Source: Candidatus Nomurabacteria bacterium GW2011_GWE2_34_25
GTDB lineage: Bacteria; Patescibacteriota; Minisyncoccia; Phycocordibacterales; UBA9973
Direction of reading: 5' to 3'
Length of the DNA stretch: 64,000 bases
Assembly: GCA_000990325.1 (NCBI GenBank)
Contig: LBPS01000005.1
Coordinates: 17,161 to 81,160, forward strand
The translations under genes were made by a program, and so were the position numbers. The notes beneath the pieces are model-generated. The model saw only the letters and a list, made by a program, of their open reading frames with translations. It did no database searches and was not told the origin of the DNA. Shown one piece after another: positions 1 through 8,594 of the stretch (positions are counted from its first letter, which is position 1; every line of letters starts with the position of its first letter).

Positions 1-1115
1 CTTTTTTTGTTGGAGTTTTGTATTTATTGTCGACATTTTTTTTAATGGCAAAAGTAACTATTGTTGCTAAAAATAACAATTTCGAATTAAAACATCAGAA
101 ATTTAATGCTGGGAAGATGAAGCCAGGTGTTCCTTTTGAGCTTATGATTGTGTCCGACAGTGAATACAGAGACGTTGTCCTGACAAATGCCAAAGAAGTA
201 TCAGACAAGGCTAAGGGTGATATAACTTTATATAATGAATACAACACCAAAGCACAGAAGATAGTGGCTGGTACTTTCGTGGCTGATGAAAAGGGTAAAA
301 CTTATAAAACAAATACGACTGTTTCTATACCAGGCTATACTCTAGATAAATCAAAAAATATAATTCCAGGACAAATTTCTGTTGGTGTTACAGCATTTCT
401 CCATGGTGATGCTTACAATGGAAATCCAGAATCATTCTATATAAGTTCATTTAAGGGAACAGATAAATATAAAAAAATATATGGAAAAGCAAAAACCTCT
501 ATAAATGGAGGAATGACGGGGTTAGTATATCTTTTAGGTAATGAAGAAAAAGAAGATCTTTTACTAAAGACAGCTTCTTTCAAGGAGAAATTAATACGCA
601 AACTTTCTGCCCAAGTTCCAGCTGATTATATCTTATATCCTGATGCCGTTAGTTTCTCATATGAATTTGGAGAGAATTTATTATCTAAAACTCCAGATGC
701 CAAGATAGAAATGAAGGGTACTCTCAGTGCTTTTCTTTTGAAAGAAAATGGATTATCAGATTCTATTATTAGTAAATTATTACCAGGTATTTCCTCTTTT
801 GAAAAATCAGAAATAATAGGACCGAATCTTTCCAATTTATCTTTTAGATTTACAGATAAATCACAAATGGTAAATAAAGATATTGAAAATTTTGAATTTG
901 AATTAACTGGTAATTTACCCTTAAGCTGGAATCCGAATGTAGAGTTATTAAAGGGATTGTTGGTCAATAAACCCAAAAGTGAAGTATCAAAAATATTTAA
1001 ACAAGATCCTGGTATTGTATCAGCGACGGTGTCGATAATGCCATTTTGGTCTAAGATTTTACCAAAAGACATTAAAAATATAAATATAATAATAAAAAAA
1101 TTTGACGAAAAATAG
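1..1115 (+). CDS. Hypothetical protein, probably baseplate J/gp47-like family common in CPR; 5' end lies outside the window
   Basis: Frame is open back to the window edge; hydrophobic N-terminal segment, KAKGDITLYNEY and C-terminal PFWSKILPKD motifs resemble CPR baseplate-J-like proteins (recalled, not searched). Confidence 0.5.
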   Translation, partial: FFVGVLYLLSTFFLMAKVTIVAKNNNFELKHQKFNAGKMKPGVPFELMIVSDSEYRDVVLTNAKEVSDKAKGDITLYNEYNTKAQKIVAGTFVADEKGKTYKTNTTVSIPGYTLDKSKNIIPGQISVGVTAFLHGDAYNGNPESFYISSFKGTDKYKKIYGKAKTSINGGMTGLVYLLGNEEKEDLLLKTASFKEKLIRKLSAQVPADYILYPDAVSFSYEFGENLLSKTPDAKIEMKGTLSAFLLKENGLSDSIISKLLPGISSFEKSEIIGPNLSNLSFRFTDKSQMVNKDIENFEFELTGNLPLSWNPNVELLKGLLVNKPKSEVSKIFKQDPGIVSATVSIMPFWSKILPKDIKNINIIIKKFDEK

Positions 1116-1143
1116 AATTTTTGTTATGATGTATTTACATTAA

Positions 1144-1359
1144 ATGAATCAAAGAGACGACAACAATACTGCCATAGGCATAGTTACAGAAGCCCTCCCA
1201 AATACACTCTTTCGAGTAGATATAGGTGGTGGTAAAATCATCATCAGCTATTTGTCTGGGAAGATGCGAATGCATAGGATTAAGGTTCTGTTGGGAGACA
1301 AAGTTGAAGTCCTTCTTGATCCGTATGGTGGTAAGGGAAGAATTATTAAGAGAGGGTAA
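1144..1359 (+). CDS. infA: Translation initiation factor IF-1
   Basis: GIVTEALPNTLFRV, SGKMRMHRIKVLLGDKV motifs. Confidence 0.97.
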   Translation: MNQRDDNNTAIGIVTEALPNTLFRVDIGGGKIIISYLSGKMRMHRIKVLLGDKVEVLLDPYGGKGRIIKRG

Positions 1360-1466
1360 TGCCTCTTGCATTTTTATTTAAATAGTGTAATATAATTCGG
1401 TAATACGAAAGTTTCAATACAGGGTAGAACCCTTTATTTTTTCTTTCGCTTTATAGAGAGAAAAAT

Positions 1467-1577
1467 ATGAAAATTAAATCAGCTGTCAAAAAAATCTGTG
1501 CGAAATGTAAAATGGTAAAACGGGAAGGTCATCTCCGTGTTATTTGTACTAATCCTAAACATAAACAAAAACAATAA
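1467..1577 (+). CDS. rpmJ: 50S ribosomal protein L36 (below ORF-track cutoff)
   Basis: Manual translation [36 protein letters not shown]; CxxC...C...H zinc ribbon; lies before rpsM. Confidence 0.97.
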   Translation: MKIKSAVKKICAKCKMVKREGHLRVICTNPKHKQKQ

Positions 1578-1583
1578 TTATAT

Positions 1584-1964
1584 ATGAGAATTCTTGGTAT
1601 AACAATCCCTAATAATAAACACCTAGACGTTGGGCTCACTGCTCTTTTTGGTATAGGTATTTCTAGAGCTCGTGCTATTTTAAAAGAAGTTGATATTGAT
1701 CCAAATATCAAGGCAGATACTCTAACAGTAGATCAAGAAAATGCTATACGTAAAGTTATAGAAACAATGTCTATAGAAGGGTCTCTAAAACGTGAAATTG
1801 CTTCCAATGTAAAAAGATTGAAAGATATCAAATCATACAGAGGAGTCAGACACATGAGAAGATTACCAGTCAACGGTCAGCGTACTAAAACAAACTCCAG
1901 AACTATTAGAGGTAATGTACGTAAAACAATGGCATCTGGTCGCCGAAAAGAAAGTAAGACATAG
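1584..1964 (+). CDS. rpsM: 30S ribosomal protein S13
   Basis: YRGVRHMRRLPVNGQRTKTNSRT motif. Confidence 0.98.
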   Translation: MRILGITIPNNKHLDVGLTALFGIGISRARAILKEVDIDPNIKADTLTVDQENAIRKVIETMSIEGSLKREIASNVKRLKDIKSYRGVRHMRRLPVNGQRTKTNSRTIRGNVRKTMASGRRKESKT

Positions 1965-2009
1965 GTCAAGTGACCAAGTAGAAAGTTATAAACTTTAAGA
2001 ATTAAAATT

Positions 2010-2462
2010 ATGGGAAAAGTAAAAATTATAAATAAAGAAGAGGAAGCTAAAACAGTAGTAGAAGAAGCTACTTTAGACACAGCGCCCAAAGCCGGGATTA
2101 AAGTACCTAAAAAGAAGGTTGTTGCAGGTACTTTACACGTAGAAGCCACTTTTAATAATACTAAGGTTGTACTTTCTGACAAAGAAGGCAATACATTATT
2201 CTGGACTTCAGCCGGATCTCTTGGTTTCAAAGGTGCAAAGAAGGGAACTCCTTTTGCGGCTTCAAAAGCTGGTTCAGTAGTAGGTGAAAAAGCAAAGGCT
2301 CTTGGTATAAAAGAAGTTGATGTAAAAGTAAAAGGGGTTGGTTCGGGACGAGAGCCTACGATTCGTGCATTTATGGCTTATGATATTGAAATTTCAGGAG
2401 TAAGAGATATGACGCCAGTTCCTCACAATGGTCCAAAACCTAAGAAACCACGCAGAGTATAA
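2010..2462 (+). CDS. rpsK: 30S ribosomal protein S11
   Basis: ATFNNT, GFKGAKKGTPFAA, DMTPVPHNG motifs. Confidence 0.98.
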   Translation: MGKVKIINKEEEAKTVVEEATLDTAPKAGIKVPKKKVVAGTLHVEATFNNTKVVLSDKEGNTLFWTSAGSLGFKGAKKGTPFAASKAGSVVGEKAKALGIKEVDVKVKGVGSGREPTIRAFMAYDIEISGVRDMTPVPHNGPKPKKPRRV

Positions 2463-2465
2463 TAT

Positions 2466-2498
2466 AATTACGAATTAAGAATCAGAATTAAGAATTTA
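2466..2498. repeat. Heptamer tandem array (AATTAAG-like, ~5 copies)
   Basis: aattacg aattaag aatcag aattaag aattta right after the rpsK stop. Confidence 0.65.
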
Positions 2499-2517
2499 GA
2501 AAGACAAAAAACAACAA

Positions 2518-3126
2518 ATGAAAACAGTAAAAAAATACAAAATAGGTAGAAGATTGGGTGCTGGAGTATTTGAAAAATGCCAGACAGCTAAATTCGTTGC
2601 TTCTGAAGCTCGTCATGCGAAGAATTCAAAAAATAAAAGACCCAAGATGCTTTCTGGATATGCCCTTCAGTTCGTAGAAAAACAAAAAGTTCGTTTTATG
2701 TATGGTATCAGTGAAAAGCAATTTTCTAACTATGTAAAAGAAGCTGTGTCAACTAAAGGAACTCTTGCAACTGAAACCCTTTTTGAATTACTTGAAACCA
2801 GACTTGATAATGTTGTTTACAGATTAGGACTTGCTCATACTCGTCGCCTTTCTCGTCAAATGACTTCCCACGGACACATCACGGTAAATGGAAAGAAAAC
2901 AACAGTACCTTCTCTTCGTGTTAAGGTTGGAGATGTTATCGTAGTACGTGCTGGCAGTCAAAAGAGTGTTATGTTTGCAGATATGGTAAAGAAAATGAAA
3001 GAATACACTTGTCCAAACTGGCTTACTATGAATGGAGAAACATTGACCGGAAAAGTTGTTGGCAAGCCTAAAAATATAGAAGGTTTCCTTGATCTCAACA
3101 CAGTCCTTGAATTTTATAGTCGTTAA
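2518..3126 (+). CDS. rpsD: 30S ribosomal protein S4
   Basis: EKQKVRFMYG, LETRLDNVVYRLG, C-terminal EFYSR. Confidence 0.98.
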   Translation: MKTVKKYKIGRRLGAGVFEKCQTAKFVASEARHAKNSKNKRPKMLSGYALQFVEKQKVRFMYGISEKQFSNYVKEAVSTKGTLATETLFELLETRLDNVVYRLGLAHTRRLSRQMTSHGHITVNGKKTTVPSLRVKVGDVIVVRAGSQKSVMFADMVKKMKEYTCPNWLTMNGETLTGKVVGKPKNIEGFLDLNTVLEFYSR

Positions 3127-3188
3127 TATTAGTAACGTATGGTTAATTTTAATAAATAATCTATTGCGAGTTTACTCGTAAATAAAAT

Positions 3189-4114
3189 ATGTCAGATTTA
3201 AATATCATATTACCATCCAAATTATCCATCGTTTCCATACCTTGGGCAATTCTCTACGCCGTATAATCCTTTCGTCATTATCAGGTTCTGCTATTACTAC
3301 TCTCAAGATAGAGGGAGCAAATCATGAGTTCTCTGTCTTAGATGGAGTTAAGGAAGATGTTATTACAATCCTGCTTCATTTAAAGCAAGTTCGTTTTCGT
3401 CTTCTTACTGACGAACCTCAAACAGTCAAACTTGTAGTCAAAGGGCCAAAGCTAGTAACAGCTTCCGACATAGAAGTCGGTGGTCAAGTAGAGGTTTTAA
3501 ATAAAGATTTATATATTGCAGAAGTTACATCAAAAGCCAATCTTTCAATAGAAATGACCATAGAGAAAGGTCTTGGTTTCGTATCAAAAGAAGTTCATCA
3601 AAAAGAAAAGAATGATGTTGGCACTATATCTGTAGACGCTATTTTCACACCTATCAGACGTGTTGCATATGAAGTTGAAAACATGCGCGTTGGAGATAAG
3701 ACTAACCACAATCGCCTACGTATGACTATAGAGACAGACGGCACACTTACCCCTCGTGAAGCGCTAGAGAAGGCTATTGTTATAATGGTAGAGCAGTTAC
3801 AAGCTATTATAGGATTTACTGTTACCAATCGATCATTACCTAAAGAAGAAAATGAAGAAGTTTCAAAAATAAAAAAGGAATCAGATGAAGAAAAAGGAGA
3901 AGGCAATGAATTTACAGATATATTGAAAACTCGTATTGATACCCTAACTCTTTCTACTAGAACACTCAATGCATTGACAGACGCCAACATCCGCACCATC
4001 GGAGGTATAGCAAGAAAAAAGAAAGAAGACTTGCTTGAGATAGATGGTATCGGAGATAAAGGAATTCAAGAGATAAAGAAAGTTCTTGGAGAATATGGCA
4101 TAACACTAAAGTAA
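3189..4114 (+). CDS. rpoA: RNA polymerase alpha subunit, apparently frameshifted by an internal deletion near 3236
   Basis: ATG 3189 gives MSDLNIILPSKLSIVS then runs out of frame; HTLGNSLRRIILSSL continues in another frame; alpha-CTD present. Confidence 0.93.
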
Positions 4115-4146
4115 TTAAGAATTAGGAATTAATAATTAAGAATTAA
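4113..4146. repeat. Heptamer tandem array (AATTAAG-like, 5 copies)
   Basis: aattaag aattagg aattaat aattaag aattaa overlapping the rpoA stop. Confidence 0.7.
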
Positions 4147-4149
4147 CAT

Positions 4150-4450
4150 ATGAGACACGGAAATAATGTAAGAAAATTTGGGAGAAATAAGAATCAGAAC
4201 AAGTGAAGCTAAGGCCAAGGAGCTTCGTCCTGCAATAGAGAAAATGATTACCAAAGCAAATCTTGGAACTCTAGCATCACGAAGACTTGTAATTTCACGT
4301 TTATATGGTTTGACAGCAGAAGCAAGTAAATTAATCGATACCATTGCTCCAAAGTACAAAGGTCGTACTGGAGGCTATACACGCATCACAAAGCTTGGAG
4401 CTCGTGCTAGTGGAGATGCAAGCAAGATGGCAGTAATTGAATTTATATAA
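4150..4450 (+). CDS. rplQ: 50S ribosomal protein L17, apparently frameshifted by an internal deletion near 4197
   Basis: ATG 4150 gives [16 protein letters not shown] then NK and a stop; [13 protein letters not shown]...GGYTRITK is in another frame. Confidence 0.93.
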
Positions 4451-4454
4451 TATT

Positions 4455-4805
4455 ATGACAACAGTACATACAATCGATGCAGAGGGGAAAGTATTGGGAC
4501 GCGTAGCAAGTGCTGCTGCGAAGGCTCTTATGGGTAAAACATCAGCAGAGTATACAGCAAACAAAGTTGCAGATGTTCGTGTATATATTAAGAATGTGTC
4601 CAAGACTAAGGTTACAGAAAAGAGATTGAAAGAGACTCTCCATGAGACTTATTCAGGTCAGCCAGGAGGATTCAAACAAAAGACGAACGAAAAGATAATC
4701 GAGAAGAAAGGTTGGACAAAATTATACGAACTCGCAGTATATGGAATGCTTCCATCTAACAAACTTCGACCTCTAATGATGAAACGTTTAACAATAACTG
4801 AATAA
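4455..4805 (+). CDS. rplM: 50S ribosomal protein L13
   Basis: IDAEGKVLGRVAS, YSGQPGG, AVYGMLP motifs; ATG at 4455. Confidence 0.96.
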   Translation: MTTVHTIDAEGKVLGRVASAAAKALMGKTSAEYTANKVADVRVYIKNVSKTKVTEKRLKETLHETYSGQPGGFKQKTNEKIIEKKGWTKLYELAVYGMLPSNKLRPLMMKRLTITE

Positions 4806-4810
4806 TAAAT

Positions 4811-5236
4811 ATGGCTGAGAAAAAAACAACAACTAAAGAGAAAGGCAAAGAATACTTCAGAGCTATCGGTCGCAGAAAGACTGCTGTAGCTGTGGTACGT
4901 TTGTATAAGGCAACAAAGACTACTTATAAAGTAAATGGTAAAGATTTTACAGAATATTTCGGAACTCCCGAATTGAAGAAGATAGTGACAGGTGCATTTG
5001 AAACAGCAACACCAGCGGAGAAGTTTGAAGTGGTAGTTACTACAAAGGGTGGAGGTTCACATGCTCAAGCTGAAGCTGTCCGTCACGGTATCTCTCGTGC
5101 GTTGGTTCTATATGATGCAGAACTACGTTCTAGTCTTAAGAAAGCTAAAATGCTTAAGCGTGATCCTCGTACAGTTGAACGTAAAAAATTCGGACTCAAG
5201 AAAGCAAGAAAGAGCCCACAATGGAGTAAACGTTAA
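4811..5236 (+). CDS. rpsI: 30S ribosomal protein S9
   Basis: GRRKTAVA, GGGSHAQAEAVRHGISRAL, C-terminal PQWSKR. Confidence 0.98.
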   Translation: MAEKKTTTKEKGKEYFRAIGRRKTAVAVVRLYKATKTTYKVNGKDFTEYFGTPELKKIVTGAFETATPAEKFEVVVTTKGGGSHAQAEAVRHGISRALVLYDAELRSSLKKAKMLKRDPRTVERKKFGLKKARKSPQWSKR

Positions 5237-5264
5237 TAAAAAGACCTCGAAAGAGGTCTTTTTA
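5237..5264 (+). terminator. Intrinsic terminator after rpsI
   Basis: taaaaagacctc-gaaa-gaggtcttttta hairpin. Confidence 0.8.
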
Positions 5265-5527
5265 AGTTTACTCCATTGTGGGGAGAAAGGGGTCGGGGAA
5301 ACTCCGGTTTCCTTACAGGAACTGTCCGCTCATTGGATTTTATGTGTGAGTACATACAAAAAACCTCAATGAGCCTTGCGGAGTTCCAAGTATTCACTCC
5401 TCACCCCGTGGAGGAAGGCAGGGTACTCCCGTTGGAAAACCGTGGGTTTCCAAAGAGCCGGAGGCGACCACATTGGTCAAAACGTTAATATACAAAAAAC
5501 TTCCTGCATGGGAAGTTTTTTTTGTAT
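5237..5527 (+). mobile_element. Structured cassette at the rpsI 3' end: antisense copy plus diverged direct copy of the rpsI terminus
   Basis: 5266-5282 is the reverse complement of 5215-5231; 5468-5490 matches 5216-5238 at 19/23; second terminator at 5490-5527. Confidence 0.6.
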
Positions 5528-5556
5528 AAATATATTGAAATGATATAATATTTTAT

Positions 5557-6420
5557 ATGCAAAATCTATCATGGTTTCCATTTTCAATTATTGCAGTTAT
5601 CTGTTTTGGTTTTTCTATGGCTTTCTATAAATTTCCAGCTGCTAAAAACCAGAGTAGGTACTCAGTATCTTTTTGGCAATTATTTATATCTTTCCTATTA
5701 TCTTTAGTTGTTTTCTATAAATATATTCCTGCTACAAATTTAACCACTATAATATATGGCTCTTTATGGGGTTTCTCTTTTTTGTGTTTATCTGTGCTTC
5801 AAATGAAAGCTCTAAAGGAAATAGATACAAATATGTTATACCCAGTTACAACATCCCTAAGTCTAGTTATTTCTGTAATGTTTGGAGTGTTATTTTTTAG
5901 GGATGCTATATCTTGGCTTCAGATTATTGGAATAATTCTAGTAATAATGGTTGTTTATTTATTTTCATATAAAGGTAAAAGTCTACAATATTCAAATAAG
6001 ATTTTAATTATAGGGTTAGGAGTAATTTCATTGTCTACATTCGGTAAAATAATTCAAAAATTTGCTACAGGAGTAAGTTCTGTAAATATAAATACACTTC
6101 AGGTTTACCAGTATCTTTCAGCTGCAATATTCTCATTACTGTTGTACTTATATATAAATAGAAATAAAGCAAACAAAAAACCACATATTGGCTCTATTAT
6201 TTCTGGAGCAATGATTGCTATACCAAGTTTTTTGGGTGGCTTTATGTGGTTAATTGCTTTAAAACGCGGACCGTTTTCTCTGGTGTCTTCTGTTCATTCT
6301 CTTTATATTTTAGTGGTGGCGGTGATTGCGTATTTTATGTTTAAGGAAAAACTAACGTTTAAAAAAATAATATTAATTTTAATTGCCATTTTAGCAATGA
6401 TTTTAATAAAAGTTGGATAA
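5557..6420 (+). CDS. EamA/DMT-family membrane transporter
   Basis: About 10 hydrophobic helices in two repeats; FFRDAIS and FMFKEKLT DMT-type ends. Confidence 0.8.
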   Translation: MQNLSWFPFSIIAVICFGFSMAFYKFPAAKNQSRYSVSFWQLFISFLLSLVVFYKYIPATNLTTIIYGSLWGFSFLCLSVLQMKALKEIDTNMLYPVTTSLSLVISVMFGVLFFRDAISWLQIIGIILVIMVVYLFSYKGKSLQYSNKILIIGLGVISLSTFGKIIQKFATGVSSVNINTLQVYQYLSAAIFSLLLYLYINRNKANKKPHIGSIISGAMIAIPSFLGGFMWLIALKRGPFSLVSSVHSLYILVVAVIAYFMFKEKLTFKKIILILIAILAMILIKVG

Positions 6421-6439
6421 TAAACTCATCTCTAGTTGT

Positions 6440-7154
6440 TTCCAGCCTTGCTGGTAAAATTATGCATGATATAATACAAAAATGTCAATACGTAAGGTAA
6501 ATTTTGTTCACGGGGAATATTATCACATATATAATCGTGGAAATAGTAAACAAAAAATATTTCAAGATAAGGAAGATTATGAATATTTTCTTAAATTGCT
6601 TTTTATTGCAAATGGTGAAGAAAAATTTAAATTTCATTTTTTAGAAGGTAATGTTTATGAAGCTAAAAGAGGGAATCAACTTGTTGGTATTGGTGCTTAT
6701 GTTTTAATGCCAAATCATTTCCATATACTTATAACCGAAACCCAAGAAGGTGGTATAAGTAAATTTTTACATAAAGTTTCAAGTGGTTATTCTCACTATT
6801 ATAATAAAAAATACGAAAGAACAGGATCTTTATTTGAAGGAAAGTTCAAATCAGAATATATAGATAATAATCGTTATTTTAAATATCTGTTCTCATATAT
6901 TCATCTAAATCCTATTAAGTTGATTCAGAAAAATTGGAAAGAAGAGGGTATCAAGGAGAAAGAAAATATTTTGTATTTTCTTAATGATTATAAATATTCT
7001 AGTTATAAAGATTATTTAAATATATCTAGACAAGAAAATTTAATTCTTAATAGAAAAGATTTTCCCAACTATTTTTCATCAAAAAATACATTTTTAAAAG
7101 AAATATTTGACTGGATTAAGATAGAATTGTAAAATTTTACCAGCAAGGCTGGAA
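6440..7154. mobile_element. REPtron-like unit: RAYT gene bracketed by perfect 22-bp inverted repeats
   Basis: ttccagccttgctggtaaaatt (6440-6461) and aattttaccagcaaggctggaa (7133-7154); each contains a ccagc-NNN-gctgg hairpin. Confidence 0.8.
6482..7132 (+). CDS. REP-associated tyrosine transposase-like HUH (Y1) nuclease
   Basis: YYHIYNRG, LMPNHFH (HUH), GSLFEGKFKS, YIHLNP, YKYSSY motifs. Confidence 0.9.
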   Translation: MSIRKVNFVHGEYYHIYNRGNSKQKIFQDKEDYEYFLKLLFIANGEEKFKFHFLEGNVYEAKRGNQLVGIGAYVLMPNHFHILITETQEGGISKFLHKVSSGYSHYYNKKYERTGSLFEGKFKSEYIDNNRYFKYLFSYIHLNPIKLIQKNWKEEGIKEKENILYFLNDYKYSSYKDYLNISRQENLILNRKDFPNYFSSKNTFLKEIFDWIKIEL

Positions 7155-7214
7155 TAATATGATTTTTAAAAACAAAGACTTGAAAAAGTCTCTATTTTTG
7201 TATAAGATAAGAAT

Positions 7215-7868
7215 ATGAAAGATGAAGAAATAATAGATAATGAGAAATCTACAGAGGAAAAAGAAAGTATTATAAAGAGAGAAGATCGTTTTAATCCCAT
7301 TGAACTGTCTTCTGGGGAACTTCACGTTGAACCAGACATGATATATGTTGATAGTGATGAAGATGGAGATGCATTGCCATCAAAAGATGTTGTAAAAAAA
7401 CTACGTGAAGAATTAAAAACTTTAAGAAAGGAGAAAGAAGAATATTTGACAGGCTGGCAGAGAGCGAAAGCAGACTATGTGAATTTACAGAAAGAGCTTG
7501 ATTTAGCCCGAATAAATATATCTATTTTAACTAAAGAAAAAATGGTAGAGAAGTTGCTTCCAAGTCTCGATAGTTTCGAGATGGCGTTTTCAAATAAAGA
7601 ACATTGGGAGAAAATAGACAAAGATTGGCAAAATGGCATAACTTCTATATATCAGCAACTTACCTCTGGGTTATCTGAAGCAGGAATTGAAAAAATAGAT
7701 CAGATTGGAATTCCATTTGATCCTAACGTTCATCAGTCTATAAGCATCGTAGCTACAGAAGACCAGACGAAAGATCACACGGTAGAAAAAGTTCTACAAG
7801 TAGGATATAAAATAGGAGAAAGAGTTATTCGCCCAGCCAAAGTCACTATTTTTGAATACAAGAAATAA
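7215..7868 (+). CDS. grpE: Nucleotide exchange factor GrpE
   Basis: WQRAKADYVN, FDPNVHQ, GYKIGERVIRPAKV motifs. Confidence 0.95.
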   Translation: MKDEEIIDNEKSTEEKESIIKREDRFNPIELSSGELHVEPDMIYVDSDEDGDALPSKDVVKKLREELKTLRKEKEEYLTGWQRAKADYVNLQKELDLARINISILTKEKMVEKLLPSLDSFEMAFSNKEHWEKIDKDWQNGITSIYQQLTSGLSEAGIEKIDQIGIPFDPNVHQSISIVATEDQTKDHTVEKVLQVGYKIGERVIRPAKVTIFEYKK

Positions 7869-8367
7869 ATTCTTTTTCGGTTTCTTCATCTATTTTGTCT
7901 GTCACTATAATTATAAGTTCAGTGGAGAGATTTAAATCCTTTTTTATATTTGTAAAGAGATGTTCGAAAGGGTACATAGATATCCAGACAGAATTTTTCA
8001 AGCAGGCGAAGCCTGCTTTCTTAAGCAAGTAACGAAGTGCTTCACGTTCGCTCTTTCTATCCTCAGGCATATCAAGTAGAATTATTCTCCAAAATCCGTC
8101 CCAGGTATTGCTAATAAGAGCATTCTCACATTCAAGCTTCAAACTATTTGCTCGTTTTTTACCTTCTTTTGTGAGCTTTGTATATTGATTTTGCCCTGAA
8201 TATATACTTTCTATCAATCCTGCATCCTTTAGACCCTTTATAGAACGATTTAAGGCATATTGGCTATCCTTATCAAGGACTATCTTTTTTTCTAGTTCTC
8301 CAGCAGATATTGCTGGTTTTTCTGATAGGATTTTTATAATTTTCTTTGAAAAATCACGCTTTTTCAT
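7846..8367 (-). CDS. PaaX-like protein (wHTH plus Cas2-like ferredoxin domain)
   Basis: N-terminal wHTH (LKDAGLI...KLTKEG); WDGFWRIILLDMPE...GFACLKNSVWI. Confidence 0.8.
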   Translation of the reverse strand: MKKRDFSKKIIKILSEKPAISAGELEKKIVLDKDSQYALNRSIKGLKDAGLIESIYSGQNQYTKLTKEGKKRANSLKLECENALISNTWDGFWRIILLDMPEDRKSEREALRYLLKKAGFACLKNSVWISMYPFEHLFTNIKKDLNLSTELIIIVTDKIDEETEKEFISCIQK

Positions 8368-8404
8368 GGTATTGACAGTGTATCATATATGAATATAATA
8401 TTCA

Positions 8405-8434
8405 ACAAGTATTTAGCGGTCGCTAAATACTTGT
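8405..8434. promoter_or_regulatory. Perfect 14-bp inverted repeat between paaX-like gene and dnaK; possible operator
   Basis: acaagtatttagcg-gt-cgctaaatacttgt. Confidence 0.5.
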
Positions 8435-8477
8435 CAAAAATTAAAGTTAGTATATAATGAGATAGTGTTTAAAAATA

Positions 8478-8567
8478 ATTAACTTCGCAGAAATATTAAA
8501 ATTTTCACAGCTTTACCCTAAAGGGCTCCGACGCTGATAAAAATTTTAACATTTCTGCTCCGTTAAT
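8478..8567. repeat. Long imperfect hairpin element, family B copy 1
   Basis: Similar to 38141-38237 (gctttaccc...ggg...acgc, aacattt, ctccgtta). Confidence 0.65.
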
Positions 8568-8594
8568 AATATTATTAATTAATTATAAAAACAT

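Noticed and set aside
3189-4450. Programmed frameshifting or TGA recoding (code 25) explaining rpoA and rplQ
   Set aside because: Conserved residues are physically missing rather than shifted, and all other long genes translate fully in code 11 without in-frame TGA.
5276-5488. 70-aa ORF ending PHWSKR as a second S9-like gene
   Set aside because: Only the last few codons resemble rpsI; the rest is hairpin-rich non-coding sequence with a GTG start and no promoter.
7846-8367. Cas2 and a CRISPR-Cas system
   Set aside because: No cas1, effector genes or regularly spaced repeat-spacer array anywhere in the window; the protein has PaaX-like architecture.
8405-8434. CIRCE element before dnaK
   Set aside because: Shares TTAGC/GCTAA ends but lacks TTAGCACTC-N9-GAGTGCTAA sequence and spacing.
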